Shown here: positions 63,320-64,000 of the stretch, one piece after another
Layout: each line of letters begins with the position of its first letter
Numbering within the stretch: position 1 is the stretch's first letter
Assembly (NCBI GenBank): GCA_951406725.2
Contig: OX597816.1
Coordinates: 6,944,001 to 7,008,000, forward strand
From: Octopus vulgaris
Taxonomy: Eukaryota
DNA length: 64,000 nucleotides
Reading direction: 5' to 3'
Translations under genes and position numbers: made by a program
The notes under the pieces: model-generated
Databases searched by the model: none
Told to the model about the DNA's origin: nothing
Seen by the model: the letters and a program-made list of their open reading frames with translations, nothing else

Positions 63320-63381
63320 CTGTCATTGAGTTGATCATCTGTTCCTGGTAATGGATGGACGACAAAATGAAGTGAAGTCAT
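63320..63381 (-). CDS. UBR5: UBR5/EDD/hyd E3 ubiquitin ligase, coding exon 1
   Basis: Translates [20 protein letters not shown](R), near-identical to the UBR5 N-terminus as I recall it ([21 protein letters not shown]). Donor AG|GTAAAA, phase 2. Confidence 0.95.
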
Positions 63382-63459
63382 GATTCAAAATGGAAAAAAT
63401 ATATATATAGAAAAAAAAAGTCACATAAACTTGTTAGAAATGTGAAAATATCCCAAAAT

Positions 63460-63690
63460 CTTCAGCGACTTTGAACTAACATAACAATATGTCAGGCGCC
63501 ATAGTTGAGGTTGACATGGCATTTTAGAGAGGTCGGAGCTGATTGGGTTTAAGCACGATGTGCAGACCAATCAGATTCGCCGATACAAAACGTCGCTTAC
63601 TCCGTCGGTCAACTTCACAAAACAAACACGGTTATGCGGGGCTGAGGAGGGACAAGCAGGGAGAAAATCCGGCCACGTAGAAGAAAAAAC
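63460..63690 (-). promoter_or_regulatory. Putative UBR5 proximal promoter/5' leader
   Basis: CpG-rich patch just upstream of the ATG. Inverted pair of CCAAT boxes (CTGATTGG 63539-63546, CCAATCAG 63567-63574) and a YY1-like ATGGCG (63497-63502, minus strand). The TSS cannot be determined from sequence. Confidence 0.55.
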
Positions 63691-63694
63691 CCTT

Positions 63695-63900
63695 CCCTTT
63701 CGTTACTGTATTTATTTTGAGATGCTCTGTGTTTCTTTCAATTATTTTAAATATAACAAAGAATTTAGTAAAATAACTTAGTTATCAATAAATTGCGACT
63801 AAGGTTTCGTGGTATATTTTGATGCAAAACTTATGAAAACAAGACATTTGTTCTACAGAGCCAGAGCCGGTTTCGGCCTGGTTGTCAACGAAAGGGTTAA
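63695..63900. mobile_element. Same MITE immediately upstream of the UBR5 promoter
   Basis: CCCTTTCGTTAC ... AACGAAAGGGTTAA with the matching internal sequence. Confidence 0.75.
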
Positions 63901-64000
63901 ATTGGGATTAAAATGGTCTTAGTTTGAAAATACTTTAAATTGCATAACGTGTCTTCCTGGTTTGGTTCTTTCTAAGTGATGTAAACGTTTGTAAAAATCT

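Overview
AT-rich, repeat-dense animal genomic DNA. The SINE, RTE and microsatellite repertoire looks like octopus/coleoid cephalopod, which is an inference. The window holds the 5' part of one large minus-strand gene, the HECT E3 ubiquitin ligase UBR5/EDD/hyperplastic discs. I traced 22 coding exons by hand, all GT-AG and phase-consistent (3031 nt, about 1010 codons), from the ATG at 63381 to exon 22 at 631; the gene continues beyond the left edge. Intron 1 is about 22 kb. The introns contain at least four tRNA-derived SINE families, 5'-truncated RTE-type LINE 3' ends carrying a 63-bp internal minisatellite, piggyBac-, hAT- and pogo-type MITEs, a head-to-tail Helitron dimer, and Helentron-like elements. 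The most notable signal is about five unrelated families of short non-coding elements that each carry a minimal type I hammerhead ribozyme motif. Most copies show Penelope-like inverted-arm-plus-tail architecture with 10-13 bp target-site duplications. One family fuses a tRNA-derived Pol III head to the hammerhead, and one has a compensatory G3:C8 core. Almost all ORFs in the supplied track, other than the UBR5 exons and RTE fragments, are repeat artefacts. Coordinates of repeats are approximate.
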